Shown piece after piece: positions 9,518-22,403 of a DNA stretch of 64,000 nucleotides. Within the stretch, counting starts at the first letter, position 1. The number at the start of each line of letters is the position of its first letter. The notes under the pieces were generated by a model. It had not been told where the DNA came from, did not search any database, and worked only from the letters and a program-made list of their open reading frames with translations. This DNA is from Pseudomonadota bacterium (GTDB taxonomy: Bacteria; Pseudomonadota; Gammaproteobacteria; Xanthomonadales; Xanthomonadaceae), in NCBI GenBank assembly GCA_023419315.1, contig JAEZYE010000054.1, forward strand, positions 7,705-71,704, in the 5' to 3' direction. The position numbers were made by a program, and so were the translations under genes.

Positions 9518-10819
9518 TCAGAACTCAGGCTCCACCTGCACCGGCAACAGCGCTTCCAGTGCATGGCCGCCGGCTTCGCTCGCCAACCGGCGCGCATCGT
9601 TCAGGGCGATGTCCAGATCCAGATGCCAGCCGGATTCGTCGTGGCGTTCACTGCGTACCGCACCCACCGCATGCAGTCGCGAACGCAGGCGCGCCGAATG
9701 CGCTCCCAGGTGCACGGTGCCGATGATCCGCTCCAGCCCCAGGCGCTGCGCCAGCGCCTGCCTGAGCTCGGGCAGGCCGACGCCGTCGCGCGCCGAGATC
9801 CACACGCGTTCGCGCCCTTCATTGGGTTGATCGTGGCGCGGCTCGGCGCCATCGATGCGATCGATCTTGTTGAACACCAGCACCTGCGGAATGTCACCGG
9901 CGCCGATGGCCTGCAGCACTTCGTCGACCTGCGCGATGCGTTCCTCGCGGATGGGATCGGCAGCATCCACGACATGCAGCAGCAGATCGGCCTCGCGTGC
10001 TTCGGACAGTGTCGAACGGAACGCCGCCACGAGTTCGTGCGGAAGATCGCGGACGAAACCCACCGTATCGGCCAACACCACGCCGCCTCCGGGCAGTTCG
10101 ATGCGACGCACCGTGGGATCAAGCGTGGCAAACAGTTGATCCGCAGCGTAGGCCTCGGCGCCGGTCAGCGCATTGAACAACGTGGATTTGCCGGCATTGG
10201 TGTAGCCGACCAGCGCCACGCGCGGCAGTTCGCTGCGCACGCGCGCGCGCCGCATCTGGGTGCGCTGCACTTCCACCTTTTCCAGACGCTTCTGCAATTG
10301 CTCCACGCGCTTCTGCAACAGGCGGCGGTCGGTTTCCAACTGCGTTTCGCCCGGTCCGCGCAAACCGATCGAACCGCCACGCTGGCGCTCCAGGTGGGTC
10401 CAGCCGCGGATCAGGCGCGTTGCCATGTGCTTGAGCTGGGCGAGTTCGACCTGCAATTTGCCTTCGTGGCTTCGGGCCCGCTGGGCGAAGATGTCCAGGA
10501 TCAGGCCGGTGCGGTCGAGTACGCGCCGCTGCAGGATTTTTTCCAGGTTGCGTTCCTGGCCGGGCGAAAGCGGATGGTTGACCAGCACCAGGTCCGCACC
10601 CGTCGCTTCAGCAGCGGCCTTGATTTCGTCGAGCTTGCCGGTCCCGATCAGCGTTGACGGGTTGGGCCGATCGATGCGGGCCGTCAGCAACGCGGCGATG
10701 CTGGCGCCGGCGGACCGGGCCAGATCGGTGAATTCTTCTGCAGCACCGTCGTCCGGCGGGCCGCCGGCGTGGGGCTGGATCAGCAGTGCGTGTTCGCCTT
10801 TGCGGGAACGTTCGAACAT
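9518..10819 (-). CDS. hflX: Ribosome-splitting GTPase HflX
   Basis: LILDIFAQRA, GPGETQLETDRR, GYTNAGKST, DTVGF, NKID. Confidence 0.97.
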   Translation of the reverse strand: MFERSRKGEHALLIQPHAGGPPDDGAAEEFTDLARSAGASIAALLTARIDRPNPSTLIGTGKLDEIKAAAEATGADLVLVNHPLSPGQERNLEKILQRRVLDRTGLILDIFAQRARSHEGKLQVELAQLKHMATRLIRGWTHLERQRGGSIGLRGPGETQLETDRRLLQKRVEQLQKRLEKVEVQRTQMRRARVRSELPRVALVGYTNAGKSTLFNALTGAEAYAADQLFATLDPTVRRIELPGGGVVLADTVGFVRDLPHELVAAFRSTLSEAREADLLLHVVDAADPIREERIAQVDEVLQAIGAGDIPQVLVFNKIDRIDGAEPRHDQPNEGRERVWISARDGVGLPELRQALAQRLGLERIIGTVHLGAHSARLRSRLHAVGAVRSERHDESGWHLDLDIALNDARRLASEAGGHALEALLPVQVEPEF

Positions 10820-10928
10820 GGAACAGAGGTGGCCTGGAAAGTGAAGGGAATGGCGTCAGCGACGCGTCCCCCTGACATGGGGACACGGTCCCCGGATTTC
10901 ACCCTTTCCGCCCCGATACGCCGAAGCC

Positions 10929-11201
10929 TTATTCGGCTTCTTCCTCGGCCGGGCCGCCTTCGCCGGACTGGACGTACCCACCGCCAGGACCGACACGCAC
11001 ATTGCGGGCAGGCACGACCGTGGAAATGGCGTGCTTGTAGACCATCTGGCTGACCGTATTGCGCAGCAGGACCACGAACTGGTCGAAGGACTCGATGGTC
11101 CCCTGCAGCTTGATGCCATTGACGAGATAGACGGAAACCGGCACCCGCTCACGGCGAAGCGCATTCAGGAAAGGGTCCTGCAAGGACTGCCCCTTGGACA
11201 T
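10929..11201 (-). CDS. hfq: RNA chaperone Hfq
   Basis: [34 protein letters not shown]...YKHAIST. Confidence 0.99.
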   Translation of the reverse strand: MSKGQSLQDPFLNALRRERVPVSVYLVNGIKLQGTIESFDQFVVLLRNTVSQMVYKHAISTVVPARNVRVGPGGGYVQSGEGGPAEEEAE

Positions 11202-11317
11202 TGGCGAACTCCCAGAGTGTTGCTTATTGGAATAATTGTGGCGCCGGGTCCGCGTCCTGTTCCCCGATGGCGGAGTCCCGGAAGGGGGATGTTACACAAC
11301 CGCGCTGGTTTGACCAG

Positions 11318-12289
11318 CTACGCAGGCCGCAGAAACAGGGCAAGCGCTCGGTCCAGGGCTACCCGATCCCGTTGCGGGTCGAACCAGCGCGCATCAAGCT
11401 CCCCCCGGAGCCAGGTCAGTTGGCGCTTGGCGAGCTGGCGGGTGGCGAAGATGGCGCGATCGCGGAACTCGGCCGCCGGGAAAAGCCCGTCGAGGTGCTC
11501 CCACGCTTGCCGATAGCCGACCGCACGGACCGCCGGCAAATCCAGTGGGGCGGCCACCGCCTGCATCTGCGGCAGCGCCCGCAGGCGACGGACTTCATCG
11601 AGAAAGCCATCGGCAAGCATCGTGTCGAAACGCTGGACGATGCGCTCGTGCAGCACGCTCCTTTCGGCCGGGGCGAGTACCAGCTTGAGGACGCGCAACG
11701 GCAGGCGCGGCGGCGGCGGATCGCGTTGCCATTGGCTGATCGGCCTGCCGGTAAGGCGATGCACTTCCAGCGCGCGCTGGATGCGCTGCGGGTCGGTGGC
11801 ATGGATGCGCGCCGCGGCGTCGGGATCCACGCGCGCCAGTTCCGCATGCAGGGCAGCCCAGCCGCGCTCCCGGGCTTCAGCTGCGATCCGCGCGCGCATG
11901 CCCGCGTCCGCTTCGGGCATTGCCGCCAGCCCATCGAGCAACGCGCGGAAATACAGGCCGGTGCCGCCGGCCAGGATGGGCAAGCGCCCCCGCGCCACGA
12001 TGTCGTCCAGCGCCAGGCGCGCATCGTGGGCGAATTCGGCTGCCGAACAGGTCTGCCACGGCTCCCGGACATCAATCAGGTGGTGCGGAACGCTCGCCTG
12101 CATGGCGGCGTCCGGTTTCGCAGCCCCGATATCGAGGCCGCGGTACACGAGGGCCGAATCGACGCTCACGATTTCGCCGCCCACGCGTTCGGCCCACTCC
12201 ATTGCGAGCGCGGTCTTGCCGGACGCCGTCGGCCCCATCAACGCAATGGCCAGCGGTCTGCGATCGACGCGGGAGAGTGGAGTCGTCAT
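11318..12289 (-). CDS. miaA: tRNA dimethylallyltransferase
   Basis: [37 protein letters not shown]; upstream of hfq. Confidence 0.97.
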   Translation of the reverse strand: MTTPLSRVDRRPLAIALMGPTASGKTALAMEWAERVGGEIVSVDSALVYRGLDIGAAKPDAAMQASVPHHLIDVREPWQTCSAAEFAHDARLALDDIVARGRLPILAGGTGLYFRALLDGLAAMPEADAGMRARIAAEARERGWAALHAELARVDPDAAARIHATDPQRIQRALEVHRLTGRPISQWQRDPPPPRLPLRVLKLVLAPAERSVLHERIVQRFDTMLADGFLDEVRRLRALPQMQAVAAPLDLPAVRAVGYRQAWEHLDGLFPAAEFRDRAIFATRQLAKRQLTWLRGELDARWFDPQRDRVALDRALALFLRPA

Positions 12290-12334
12290 GCGGCTGGCGT
12301 CACGCCTGCACCGTAATGCGCGGCGCACGGGAAC

Positions 12335-13237
12335 TCAGGCGTCGTCATCCGGCCAGCGAATCGTCGGCGCGGTGGCGGCTTTGCGGGGCAACGGCACCGC
12401 ATCGACCGCGCATACGATCTTCAGTGCGTCCACGGTTTCCGCGACGTCGTGAACGCGGACGATGCGTGCGCCGCGCTGGACCGCGATGAGATGGGCCGCG
12501 ATCGAGGCGGCGACGCGCTCGGTCGGCGCACTGCGGCCGGTCAGTTCCCCCAGGCTCCGCTTGCGCGACAGGCCCGCCAGCACGGGCACGCCCAGTTCGA
12601 CAAAGCGTTCGAGCTGCGCCAGCAGGGCCAGATTGTGCGAAGTGTCCTTGCCGAAGCCGAAACCCGGGTCGATCACCAGATTCTTCTTCGCGATACCGGC
12701 CATTTCGGCGGCGAACATGCGCTCGGCCAGAAAACGGTGCACATCCCCGACCACATCGTCGTAGTGAGGCGCGTCCTGCATCGAGCGCGGCTCGCCCTGC
12801 ATATGCATCAGCACGACCGGCACGCGCAGTTCCGCGGCTGCCTCCAGCGCGCCGTCGCGTCGCAGCGCGTATACGTCATTGATCATGCCCGCACCCGCTG
12901 CAACAGCGGCGCGCATCACTTCCGGCTTGGAAGTATCGACGCTGATCGGCAGCGCCGTCTGGCGCGCGAGTGCTTCGATGACCGGAACGACGCGACGGAT
13001 CTCTTCTTCCGCCGGCACCTCCGACGCGCCCGGTCGGGTCGATTCGCCGCCGACGTCGAGCAGGTCCGCGCCCTGCTCCGCCAGCTTCAGTCCATGCGCG
13101 ATGGCGGCTTCGACGGTGGCATGCGCGCCGCCGTCGGAGAACGAATCCGGCGTGACATTGACGATGCCCATCACGCGCGGCCGGTCCAGCTTGAGTACGC
13201 GGCCTGCGCAGTCCAACTGCGGCGAAATGTCGAACAT
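12335..13237 (-). CDS. folP: Dihydropteroate synthase
   Basis: VMGIVNVTPDSFSDGG, GGESTRPG, DPGFGFGK, GLSRK, RVHDV. Confidence 0.97.
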   Translation of the reverse strand: MFDISPQLDCAGRVLKLDRPRVMGIVNVTPDSFSDGGAHATVEAAIAHGLKLAEQGADLLDVGGESTRPGASEVPAEEEIRRVVPVIEALARQTALPISVDTSKPEVMRAAVAAGAGMINDVYALRRDGALEAAAELRVPVVLMHMQGEPRSMQDAPHYDDVVGDVHRFLAERMFAAEMAGIAKKNLVIDPGFGFGKDTSHNLALLAQLERFVELGVPVLAGLSRKRSLGELTGRSAPTERVAASIAAHLIAVQRGARIVRVHDVAETVDALKIVCAVDAVPLPRKAATAPTIRWPDDDA

Positions 13238-13383
13238 CAGCGCACGCACCGCTTTCCGGATTGCAGCGCAACGCCGAGGCCCGCCCCGACCGCGATCCAG
13301 ACTGCAAGCTGGTCCGTCGCCACGCCTATCGCAATGCCGATAGCCAGACCCATCGCCATTCCGTTCCACTGCCTGCTTCGCAT
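13237..13383 (-). CDS. Small (48-aa) glycine-zipper-like membrane protein, not in the ORF track
   Basis: GGAGGAG RBS; MRSRQWNGMAMGLAIGIAIGVATDQLAVWIAVGAGLGVALQSGKRCVR; its TGA overlaps the folP ATG (TGATG). Confidence 0.7.
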   Translation of the reverse strand: MRSRQWNGMAMGLAIGIAIGVATDQLAVWIAVGAGLGVALQSGKRCVR

Positions 13384-13424
13384 GCTGCTCCTCCACTGCC
13401 GCGCCGTCGCGCCGGATTATCCAT

Positions 13425-13456
13425 AAAAACAAAGGACGGCCGAAGCCGTCCTTTGT
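13425..13456 (-). terminator. Rho-independent terminator downstream of ftsH and the methyltransferase gene
   Basis: ACAAAGGACGGC-CGAA-GCCGTCCTTTGT perfect 12-bp stem with a T tract on the minus strand. Confidence 0.85.
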
Positions 13457-13516
13457 GACCGTCATGCTCCGTGCATGGCGAAAGCCCGGTGCAGAGCTTC
13501 CAGCACGTAGCGGAAA

Positions 13517-14212
13517 TCAGTGGATATCCCAACCGTTGCGCGCGAGCAAGGCAGTTGCCGCGGGAAATCCGAACGAATGGACGGTTACGTCTGTAAAGCC
13601 GGCGCGGAGCGGGTAGGTCCAAGCATCCGCACCGAATTCAGTCTGGACGACCAAATCGGCGGCCGTCGTCACCGAGGTTCCGTGATGGCTGGGGGAAAGC
13701 CCGCTCCGGTCGCGCGTCATACGGCCCACTACTATGGGTACTGTGAAACAGAGGGCACCTTGAGGCTTAAGAACTCTGCGGCATTCCGCCAGCGCGTGGA
13801 CCGGATTGGCCACATGCTCAAGCGTATCTGAATGAACGACGAGATCGAACACGCCGTCACCGTAAGGCAAAGCATGCATATCGACCTCGGGATATGCGCC
13901 AAAAACGTACCCGTCAAATTGGCGAAGATGCGGGGACAGCGAGCCGGCCTCGTTTATTTCGAGTACCGACACTCCACCCACTAGGCCGCCGCAGACAAGC
14001 TCCTTCAGCGTCTCTTGGGTTCTGAAAAAGGCCCGAAGCGCATTGGCAAGCGCGATGGAGCGGAGATTCGCTCCACACCCATCACAGCTTTCACCCTGCT
14101 GACGATCGATATAGGCCGCCTCTTCGGACGAGAGCTGCCACTCATCAATCAGGGATTTCCAGAGTACATGCCGGCTTGTAAACGCCGTGCCACCACACAC
14201 ACCGCACTTCAT
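13517..14212 (-). CDS. SAM-dependent methyltransferase-like protein with N-terminal CxxC...CxxC motif
   Basis: AAGGA RBS; CGVC...CDGC; DMHALPYGDGVFDLVVHSDTLEHV...ECRRVLKPQG (Methyltransf_11-like); more AT-rich than its flanks. Confidence 0.8.
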   Translation of the reverse strand: MKCGVCGGTAFTSRHVLWKSLIDEWQLSSEEAAYIDRQQGESCDGCGANLRSIALANALRAFFRTQETLKELVCGGLVGGVSVLEINEAGSLSPHLRQFDGYVFGAYPEVDMHALPYGDGVFDLVVHSDTLEHVANPVHALAECRRVLKPQGALCFTVPIVVGRMTRDRSGLSPSHHGTSVTTAADLVVQTEFGADAWTYPLRAGFTDVTVHSFGFPAATALLARNGWDIH

Positions 14213-14266
14213 TGACGTTCCTTGTTCGCATCGCGTCGCGATGCTCGATGCTGCATTCAAACCGTC

Positions 14267-16198
<1,932 letters not shown>

Positions 16199-16242
16199 CA
16201 GCCCCGCCGTACCTCGTTCTCAATGCTCACGTTTTTGCCACC

Positions 16243-16875
16243 TTACTTGATCTGGCCGCGCTTGCCCTGTCCCAGCGCGTAAACCTCCGGAGAGCGTTTG
16301 CGCGAGGCATCCGGCTTGCGGATGACGACCCGGTCGTACCGACGACGAAGTTCCTTCACGTAGTCGTCGAACCCGGTGCCCTGGAACAGCTTGATCAGGA
16401 ACGCACCGCCGGGCTTCAGATGACTATCGGCAAATTCCATCGCCAATTCAGCCAGGTACATCGCCCGGGGCTGGTCGACCGCATCCACACCGCTCTTATT
16501 GGGGGCCATATCCGACAGCACAAGGTCTACCGGCTGTCCGCCGAGCATGGCTTCCAGTTCGGATAACACGGCCTGTTCCCTGAAGTCGCCGTGAAGGAAC
16601 TCGACTCCGGCCAGCGGCGGCATGTCCAGGATGTCCATCGCCACCACCCGGCCCCGGTCGCCCAAGGCCTGCCGGACGTACTGGGACCAGCCGCCCGGAG
16701 CCGCGCCGAGGTCGACGACGACCATGCCCGGCTTGAGCAGGCGATCGCGTTCCAGCAGTTCTTCCAGCTTGTAGGCCGCGCGCGAACGCATGCCTTCGGC
16801 TTGGGCCTTCTTTACGTAGGGATCGGAAAAATGTTCACGCAGCCATCGTTGGCTGCTCTTGCTGCGGGTGGCCAT
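16243..16875 (-). CDS. rlmE: 23S rRNA Um2552 methyltransferase
   Basis: [29 protein letters not shown]; upstream of ftsH. Confidence 0.97.
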   Translation of the reverse strand: MATRSKSSQRWLREHFSDPYVKKAQAEGMRSRAAYKLEELLERDRLLKPGMVVVDLGAAPGGWSQYVRQALGDRGRVVAMDILDMPPLAGVEFLHGDFREQAVLSELEAMLGGQPVDLVLSDMAPNKSGVDAVDQPRAMYLAELAMEFADSHLKPGGAFLIKLFQGTGFDDYVKELRRRYDRVVIRKPDASRKRSPEVYALGQGKRGQIK

Positions 16876-16972
16876 GGTGAGCAGTCTCCACCGGCTTTGC
16901 GACAGCCGGGAGCGCGGTGGCGGGAAAGGCGGCCATGATACCCTGAACGCCCTTTCCCACCGCCGTTCCTGC

Positions 16973-17278
16973 ATGCCCGTTGTCCTGACCTCCGCCCAGA
17001 CCCGGTTCCTGCGCGGTCAAGCCCATGACCTCAAAGCGCTGCTCCAGATTGGAGGCAAGGGCGTGACGCCCGCATTCGTCGCCGAACTCGACGAAGTGCT
17101 GGAGCACCACGAACTGGTCAAGGTGAAGGTGGCGGGCGAGGACCGAGACGCGCGCGACGCCATGATCGCCGAACTGGTCGAGAAGACGCATTCGGCGCTC
17201 GTGCAGCGTATCGGACACACGGCCGTGCTCTATCGACCGAGCCGCGAGCGCAGGCATATCGTTCTGCCCCGCGCTTGA
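16973..17278 (+). CDS. yhbY: CRM-domain RNA-binding protein YhbY
   Basis: LRGQAHDLK...IGGKGV...HELVKVK...IGHTAVLYR; divergent from rlmE. Confidence 0.93.
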   Translation: MPVVLTSAQTRFLRGQAHDLKALLQIGGKGVTPAFVAELDEVLEHHELVKVKVAGEDRDARDAMIAELVEKTHSALVQRIGHTAVLYRPSRERRHIVLPRA

Positions 17279-17294
17279 GGCCGCAGGCCCCGCG

Positions 17295-17678
17295 ATGCAA
17301 CTGAACCACGAACTTCCCGACTATGCCTTCGCTCTGCGCGCCGCCGATGGCCGCAGCGCCAAGGTCAACGATCGCGTACTGACCCGCAGTTTCGTGCTTT
17401 CCCCGACGGCGTTGAAGGAAGACTGGGCGCCTAGCGATGCGAGCGCGCTGATGCCCGAGGACCTCGCCGATTTGTTGGCCTTGCAGCCTGAGGTCATTCT
17501 CCTGGGCACCGGTGATCAGCAGGTCTTTCCGTCTGCGCAGGTGATGGCGGCCGGTTTGACGCGCGGTGTCGGGATCGAGGTCATGACCAACGCCGCCGCC
17601 GCACGCACGTTCAACGTCCTGGCTGCCGAAGCGCGACGCGTCGTGGCCGGCTTCATCCTCGGCCCGACCGGCGCCTGA
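17295..17678 (+). CDS. Mth938-like (DUF498) protein
   Basis: PEVILLGTG...GIEVMTNAAAARTFNVLAAE.R.V motif. Confidence 0.9.
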   Translation: MQLNHELPDYAFALRAADGRSAKVNDRVLTRSFVLSPTALKEDWAPSDASALMPEDLADLLALQPEVILLGTGDQQVFPSAQVMAAGLTRGVGIEVMTNAAAARTFNVLAAEARRVVAGFILGPTGA

Positions 17679-17721
17679 GCATCCGCGGCTCCAGAACGGC
17701 CCGCACGACGGCCGGGCGCAG

Positions 17722-18510
17722 TTATCGGGAAGGCAGGTACTGCAACGGATCGACCGGCTTGCCGTTGTAGCGGATCTCGAAATGAAGCATTTCGCGTGAG
17801 GCTCCGGAACTGCCCATTTCCGCAATCTGCTGGCCCGCGCGAACGTTCTGCCCTTCGTTGACGAGGCGCTTGCGGTTATGTCCGTAAGCGGACAACCAGG
17901 CGTCGCTGTGCTTGACGATGATCAACTCGCCATAGCCAACCAGACCCGCACCCGAGTACACGACGACTCCATCGGCCGCCGCCTTGACGGCCTGCCCGCT
18001 GGAACCGGCGATGTCGATGCCCTGCTTGCTGGCGTCGCCCGCCACATATCGCGCGATGACATGGCCGTCCGCAGGCCATCGCCAGTTGAAGCCACTGCTG
18101 ACGGGAGTCGGTGCGGGTGTCGCGGGCTTCGGCGCCGGAGTGGGCGTGCCGGTCGCCGGGCGTGGTGTCGTGGTGGTGGCCGTGGACGTCGTTGTCGGCC
18201 TGGACGAACGCGTTGCCGGATAGAGCCGCAGCGTCTGGCCCGGATAAATCGTGTAGGGCGAGCCGATGCCGTTCCAGGCAGCCAGATCACGGAAGTCGAT
18301 GCCATTCCGGAAGGCAATTCCGTAGAGCGTTTCGCCACGCTGCACCCGCACGGTCTGGCCGGGCTTGGGTTGCGAAGCTGTGCGCGCACTGCCCTTGCTC
18401 CCGCTTTCGCGTACGACCGTCGACGAACAGCCGGCCAGACCCAATCCAATCGCTGCGGTCAGCAGAAGGCAGTAAGCGTGTCTTGAGACGAACGTAGGGC
18501 GAGTACTCAT
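17722..18510 (-). CDS. nlpD: LysM + M23 lipoprotein NlpD
   Basis: Lipobox LAGC, LysM domain (VQRGETLYGIA), M23 domain (GIDIAG, SAYGHN, LHFEIR); downstream of surE-pcm. Confidence 0.92.
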   Translation of the reverse strand: MSTRPTFVSRHAYCLLLTAAIGLGLAGCSSTVVRESGSKGSARTASQPKPGQTVRVQRGETLYGIAFRNGIDFRDLAAWNGIGSPYTIYPGQTLRLYPATRSSRPTTTSTATTTTPRPATGTPTPAPKPATPAPTPVSSGFNWRWPADGHVIARYVAGDASKQGIDIAGSSGQAVKAAADGVVVYSGAGLVGYGELIIVKHSDAWLSAYGHNRKRLVNEGQNVRAGQQIAEMGSSGASREMLHFEIRYNGKPVDPLQYLPSR

Positions 18511-18554
18511 GCGCGCAGTCGTGTTTCTCCGTGAGGACCGTGGGCGCAAGCCCG

Positions 18555-19208
18555 TCAGCCGAACCAGCGTTGGTACAACTCGGTCAGAGCGACCCCGCCA
18601 CCGCCGATCAGCACGCCGAAATAGATAATCGTGCCGACGTTGGCCAGGTGCCCCAGCAACACCGCGCCGCCATCGCGCTGGATGAAGCCGATGGCGAACA
18701 GCAGCAAAGCCAAGGCTGGCAGGGTATTGCTGAATGGCACGAATCCAAACGGCGCCATCAGCAACAGCGCCGCAAGGATGAAAGCCAGATTGTTGAAGGT
18801 GTGCTGCAACCGTCCATCGACCATGCCGCTGAGGCGACGCGGCCGGCTGATGCGCTCCATCCGGCGCACCCATACCAGGCCGGCGCTGAGACCGGGCCGC
18901 AGTTTTGCGGCGGGCAGCGCGCGCTCCTTCAGTCGGGCGGGCAGCCACAACGGACGATTGATGAGACGGCTGATGCCGACCAGCAGGATTGCGGCGCCGA
19001 ACACGGTGCTGACGCCCGGGATCGACACGGGTATCAGGAAGACCAGCGTCAGCAGGATCGTCATCAGCAACAGGCCTTCATCGCCGAACGCTTCGAGCAG
19101 TTCGCCCAGCGTCAGGCTGTCCTGCGGCAGGTGTTCGATGATGTCGACGAGTTGATCCCCGAGCGGCGCGGATCCGGAAGCGGATGTATCGGGACGCTCG
19201 GCGGCCAT
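18555..19208 (-). CDS. ExoD-family (exopolysaccharide synthesis) membrane protein
   Basis: LTLGELLEAFGDEG, IPVSIPGVSTVFG, PLWLPARL, VPFSNTLPALA...ALGFIQRDG-type motifs. Confidence 0.85.
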   Translation of the reverse strand: MAAERPDTSASGSAPLGDQLVDIIEHLPQDSLTLGELLEAFGDEGLLLMTILLTLVFLIPVSIPGVSTVFGAAILLVGISRLINRPLWLPARLKERALPAAKLRPGLSAGLVWVRRMERISRPRRLSGMVDGRLQHTFNNLAFILAALLLMAPFGFVPFSNTLPALALLLFAIGFIQRDGGAVLLGHLANVGTIIYFGVLIGGGGVALTELYQRWFG

Positions 19209-19212
19209 GGGA

Positions 19213-19890
19213 TCAGTCCAGCGTGCCGGAGAGAAGCGGCACGAACACGACCGGCGCCAGTGTTTCTTCTTCGATGGAACCGTCCGCGCGTCGGGTCAGG
19301 CGAATCAACGACTGCGAAGCCGGTCCACCGACCGGTGCAATCAGGCTTCCACCGACGGCGAGCTGCTCGATCAGCGCGTTGACCAGCGCGGGCGCGGCAG
19401 CGGTGACGAGGATGCCGTCATACGGACCATGTTCGGCCCAGCCGATCCGGCCGTCGTCATGCTTGCTGCGAACGTTCATGCCGAGCTGTCGAAGCCGCTT
19501 GCGCGCCTGCCGCAACAGATCGCCGATGCGTTCGACGGTGTGCACTTCCAGGCCGAGCACGGCGAGCACCGCCGCCTGGTAACCCGAACCCGTGCCGATT
19601 TCGAGCACTTTCTTGGGCGCGTTCTGCAACAGCGCTTCGGTCATGCGCGCGACCACCCACGGCTGCGAGATTGTCTGGCTGTGGCCGATGGGCAGCGCGG
19701 TGTCTTCGTAGGCGCGCGTGGCCAGTGCCTCATCGACGAACAGGTGTCGCGGCACCAGACGGATCGCGTTGAGCACGTTCTCGTCGCGTATGCCCGACTC
19801 GCGCAGGCGTTCGACCAGCCGATCACGCACACGCTGCGAGGTCATGCCCATGCCGACCGCTTCGGGCTGCAGGCGCAAGCGTGGCGTCAT
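19213..19890 (-). CDS. pcm: Protein-L-isoaspartate O-methyltransferase
   Basis: [32 protein letters not shown] overlap with surE. Confidence 0.97.
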   Translation of the reverse strand: MTPRLRLQPEAVGMGMTSQRVRDRLVERLRESGIRDENVLNAIRLVPRHLFVDEALATRAYEDTALPIGHSQTISQPWVVARMTEALLQNAPKKVLEIGTGSGYQAAVLAVLGLEVHTVERIGDLLRQARKRLRQLGMNVRSKHDDGRIGWAEHGPYDGILVTAAAPALVNALIEQLAVGGSLIAPVGGPASQSLIRLTRRADGSIEEETLAPVVFVPLLSGTLD

Positions 19891-20678
19891 GCCTGCGTCT
19901 CCGCGCCGTCGGCAAGCGCGGCCGTCAAGCCGCCGACCCAGCCCGCCACCTTTTCCAGCGCCTGGTAGCGCGTCAGGTCCACATGGATCGGCGTGATGGA
20001 AATATTGCCCGTGCGCACTGCATGGAAATCCGTGCCGGGGCCGGCGTCCTGTTCGGGACCGGCCGGACCAATCCAGTACACGGTATTGCCACGTGGATCC
20101 GCCTGCGCGACGCACGGCTCCGAACGATGGCGATTGCCGAGCCGCGTCACTTCGAACCCCGCGATCTCCGACCACGCACGATCAGGCACGTTGACGTTGA
20201 GGATAGTGTCCGCGGGCAGCGGATCGGCCTTCAGTCGCGCCACGATTTCGACAGCTGCGCGCGCGGCGGATTCGAAATGGCGGGGTTCGTGGTTGCGCGA
20301 TACGAGCGACATCGCCACGGCAGGCAACCCGAGAAAACGCCCTTCCATCGCGGCGGATACCGTGCCCGAATAGATGACGTCATCGCCGAGATTGGCGGCG
20401 TTGTTGATGCCGGAAACGACGATGTCGGGCTCGAACTCAAGCATTCCGGTCAGTGCCAGATGCACGCAATCGGTGGGCGTGCCGGCCACGCTGCAGGTGT
20501 AGTGGTCCAGGCGCTTGAGGCGGATCGGCAGATCCAGCGTGAGCGAGTTGCTGGCGCCGGAGCGATCGCGATCCGGGGCGATGACGAACACCTCGTGCCC
20601 GGCCTCGCGCAGGCCTTCGGCCAGGATGCGGATGCCGGGGGCGTCGACGCCATCATCATTGCTGACAAGAACGCGCAT
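19887..20678 (-). CDS. surE: 5'/3'-nucleotidase SurE
   Basis: [34 protein letters not shown]. Confidence 0.97.
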   Translation of the reverse strand: MRVLVSNDDGVDAPGIRILAEGLREAGHEVFVIAPDRDRSGASNSLTLDLPIRLKRLDHYTCSVAGTPTDCVHLALTGMLEFEPDIVVSGINNAANLGDDVIYSGTVSAAMEGRFLGLPAVAMSLVSRNHEPRHFESAARAAVEIVARLKADPLPADTILNVNVPDRAWSEIAGFEVTRLGNRHRSEPCVAQADPRGNTVYWIGPAGPEQDAGPGTDFHAVRTGNISITPIHVDLTRYQALEKVAGWVGGLTAALADGAETQA

Positions 20679-20786
20679 GGGTCTCCTCGTGAACCCGGCC
20701 ATGATACCGGAAGCGGATGACCGCTTCCCGCCGTCGGTGCGTGCAGGCGACGTTGACGTCACGCGCCCGCGTCCTAAGCTGTCGCG

Positions 20787-21326
20787 ATGACCCGCGCTCC
20801 CGATGACGAAGACGATGCCGCGCTGTTCCGGCAGGCCATTGGCGAGGTGAAGCCGCTGCCGGATGCCACGCCGCCGCCGCGCAAGGCGCCGCCTCGGCCG
20901 GCCGCACGCATGGCGGAACGTGACGAGCTCGACGCCCGCAGCGAATTCCGCCGCGGGATCGACGCGCATGACCGGATCGAAGCCGGCGACGTGCTCAGCT
21001 TCCGTCGCGACAGTCTGCCTCCGCGTGTGTTCCAGCGCCTGCGCAAAGGACAATTCTCCGCACAGGACGAACTGGATCTGCATGGCGCCACCGCGTTGGA
21101 AGCCGAACAGCTGCTGCGCCGGTTCATGCGCGAAGCCCATGCGCACGAGTTCGGTTGCGTGCGCATCATCCACGGCAAGGGCCAGCGCAACGAACGCGAT
21201 GTCCCCGTGTTGAAGAATCTGGTCGACCGGCTGCTGCGCCATCACGGCGACGTGGTGGCGTTCCATTCGGCGCCTCAGGCGCAAGGCGGCACGGGAGCGG
21301 TACTGGTGCTGCTGTCGCACCGTTGA
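20787..21326 (+). CDS. Smr/MutS2 C-terminal domain protein
   Basis: [22 protein letters not shown]. Confidence 0.93.
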   Translation: MTRAPDDEDDAALFRQAIGEVKPLPDATPPPRKAPPRPAARMAERDELDARSEFRRGIDAHDRIEAGDVLSFRRDSLPPRVFQRLRKGQFSAQDELDLHGATALEAEQLLRRFMREAHAHEFGCVRIIHGKGQRNERDVPVLKNLVDRLLRHHGDVVAFHSAPQAQGGTGAVLVLLSHR

Positions 21327-21365
21327 GCCGCAACTGTTCGCGTTGGCGCGCCATCCCGCAACCGA

Positions 21366-22403
21366 TCAGCCGGCGCGGCCTGCCTCGTTGACATCGCCCA
21401 GTTCATACAGCATCGCAGTGGCGTAGCTGCCCGGAGGCAATTCAAACGACAGCCGCAACGTACCGGCGTCCTGCCATTGCCACGACAGTTGTCCGGCGCG
21501 CAGCCGAAGGGCCCGGCGCTCCTGCTTGAGTTCGGCCTGCTCCAGCCCGGCGCGAAGGGCGCGGGCATCCTCGCCATCGAGCGAGGCCAGTTCAAGCGCG
21601 CGGCTTTCGCCGGTGCAACGCAGTTCGCCCGCGCCCCACAAGGGGCCGCTCGGATGAATGTCGAAATCGGCCAACCTGCGGGCAAGCGTGTCGTCGAACG
21701 GCTCGGGACCGAACACGCTGCGACTGCCGGCGAGGACCCACACTTCGCCTTCCAGCGCACGATTCCAGTTGCCCGCATCGACGCGCGCCGAAAGCACGCG
21801 ATTGAACAGCTCTGAGCGCGCCGCGGACAGCAGCATCGAGCGTTCGTCGCGGCGAACGCGACGTCCTCCGAACATCGCCAGCGCGGCGGCAATGTTGCCG
21901 CCGTCCCGACCGAATCGCTGTTCACCGAACCAGTTCGGAATTCCGTGATCCGCGATCGCCTGGAGACGTGCTTCGATGGCGGCGCGTTCGCCCTGGACGT
22001 CGCGCAGTGTCAGCACGAAGCGGTTGCCGGCTAGCGCACCGCGCGGAAGCTTGCGGTTGTGCCAGACCGATTCGAGAACCCGTAGATCATCGGATTCGAG
22101 TGGCGCGATTTCCGGCGCAATGCGCTTGGGCAAATGCACACTGAAGCGTTGCCGTGTCACCGCATGACGATCTTTCAGGCCGGCGTAACCAATCGCATGC
22201 TCCGGCAATTGGGCCCAGGCGGCGATCCGCTTGGCGGCGAACGCGGTGTTCATGCCGCGCTTTTCCACGGTGAGCAGTAGATGCTCGCCTTCGCCGTGCG
22301 CCTCGAAAGCAGGCAACTCTTCGACGAAAAAATCCTCGGGCACGCTGCGCATGCGCGCGTTCAGAACCGGCCCGCCAAACGCGCGGGGCAATGCGCGGCT
22401 CAC
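21366..22403 (-). CDS. truD: tRNA pseudouridine(13) synthase
   Basis: [39 protein letters not shown] start overlaps the ispF stop. Confidence 0.96.
   Translation of the reverse strand: MSRALPRAFGGPVLNARMRSVPEDFFVEELPAFEAHGEGEHLLLTVEKRGMNTAFAAKRIAAWAQLPEHAIGYAGLKDRHAVTRQRFSVHLPKRIAPEIAPLESDDLRVLESVWHNRKLPRGALAGNRFVLTLRDVQGERAAIEARLQAIADHGIPNWFGEQRFGRDGGNIAAALAMFGGRRVRRDERSMLLSAARSELFNRVLSARVDAGNWNRALEGEVWVLAGSRSVFGPEPFDDTLARRLADFDIHPSGPLWGAGELRCTGESRALELASLDGEDARALRAGLEQAELKQERRALRLRAGQLSWQWQDAGTLRLSFELPPGSYATAMLYELGDVNEAGRAG

Noticed and set aside
16910..16966. Imperfect inverted repeat in the rlmE/yhbY divergent promoter region
   Set aside because: Imperfect and GC-rich; cannot be told apart from an ordinary leader hairpin.
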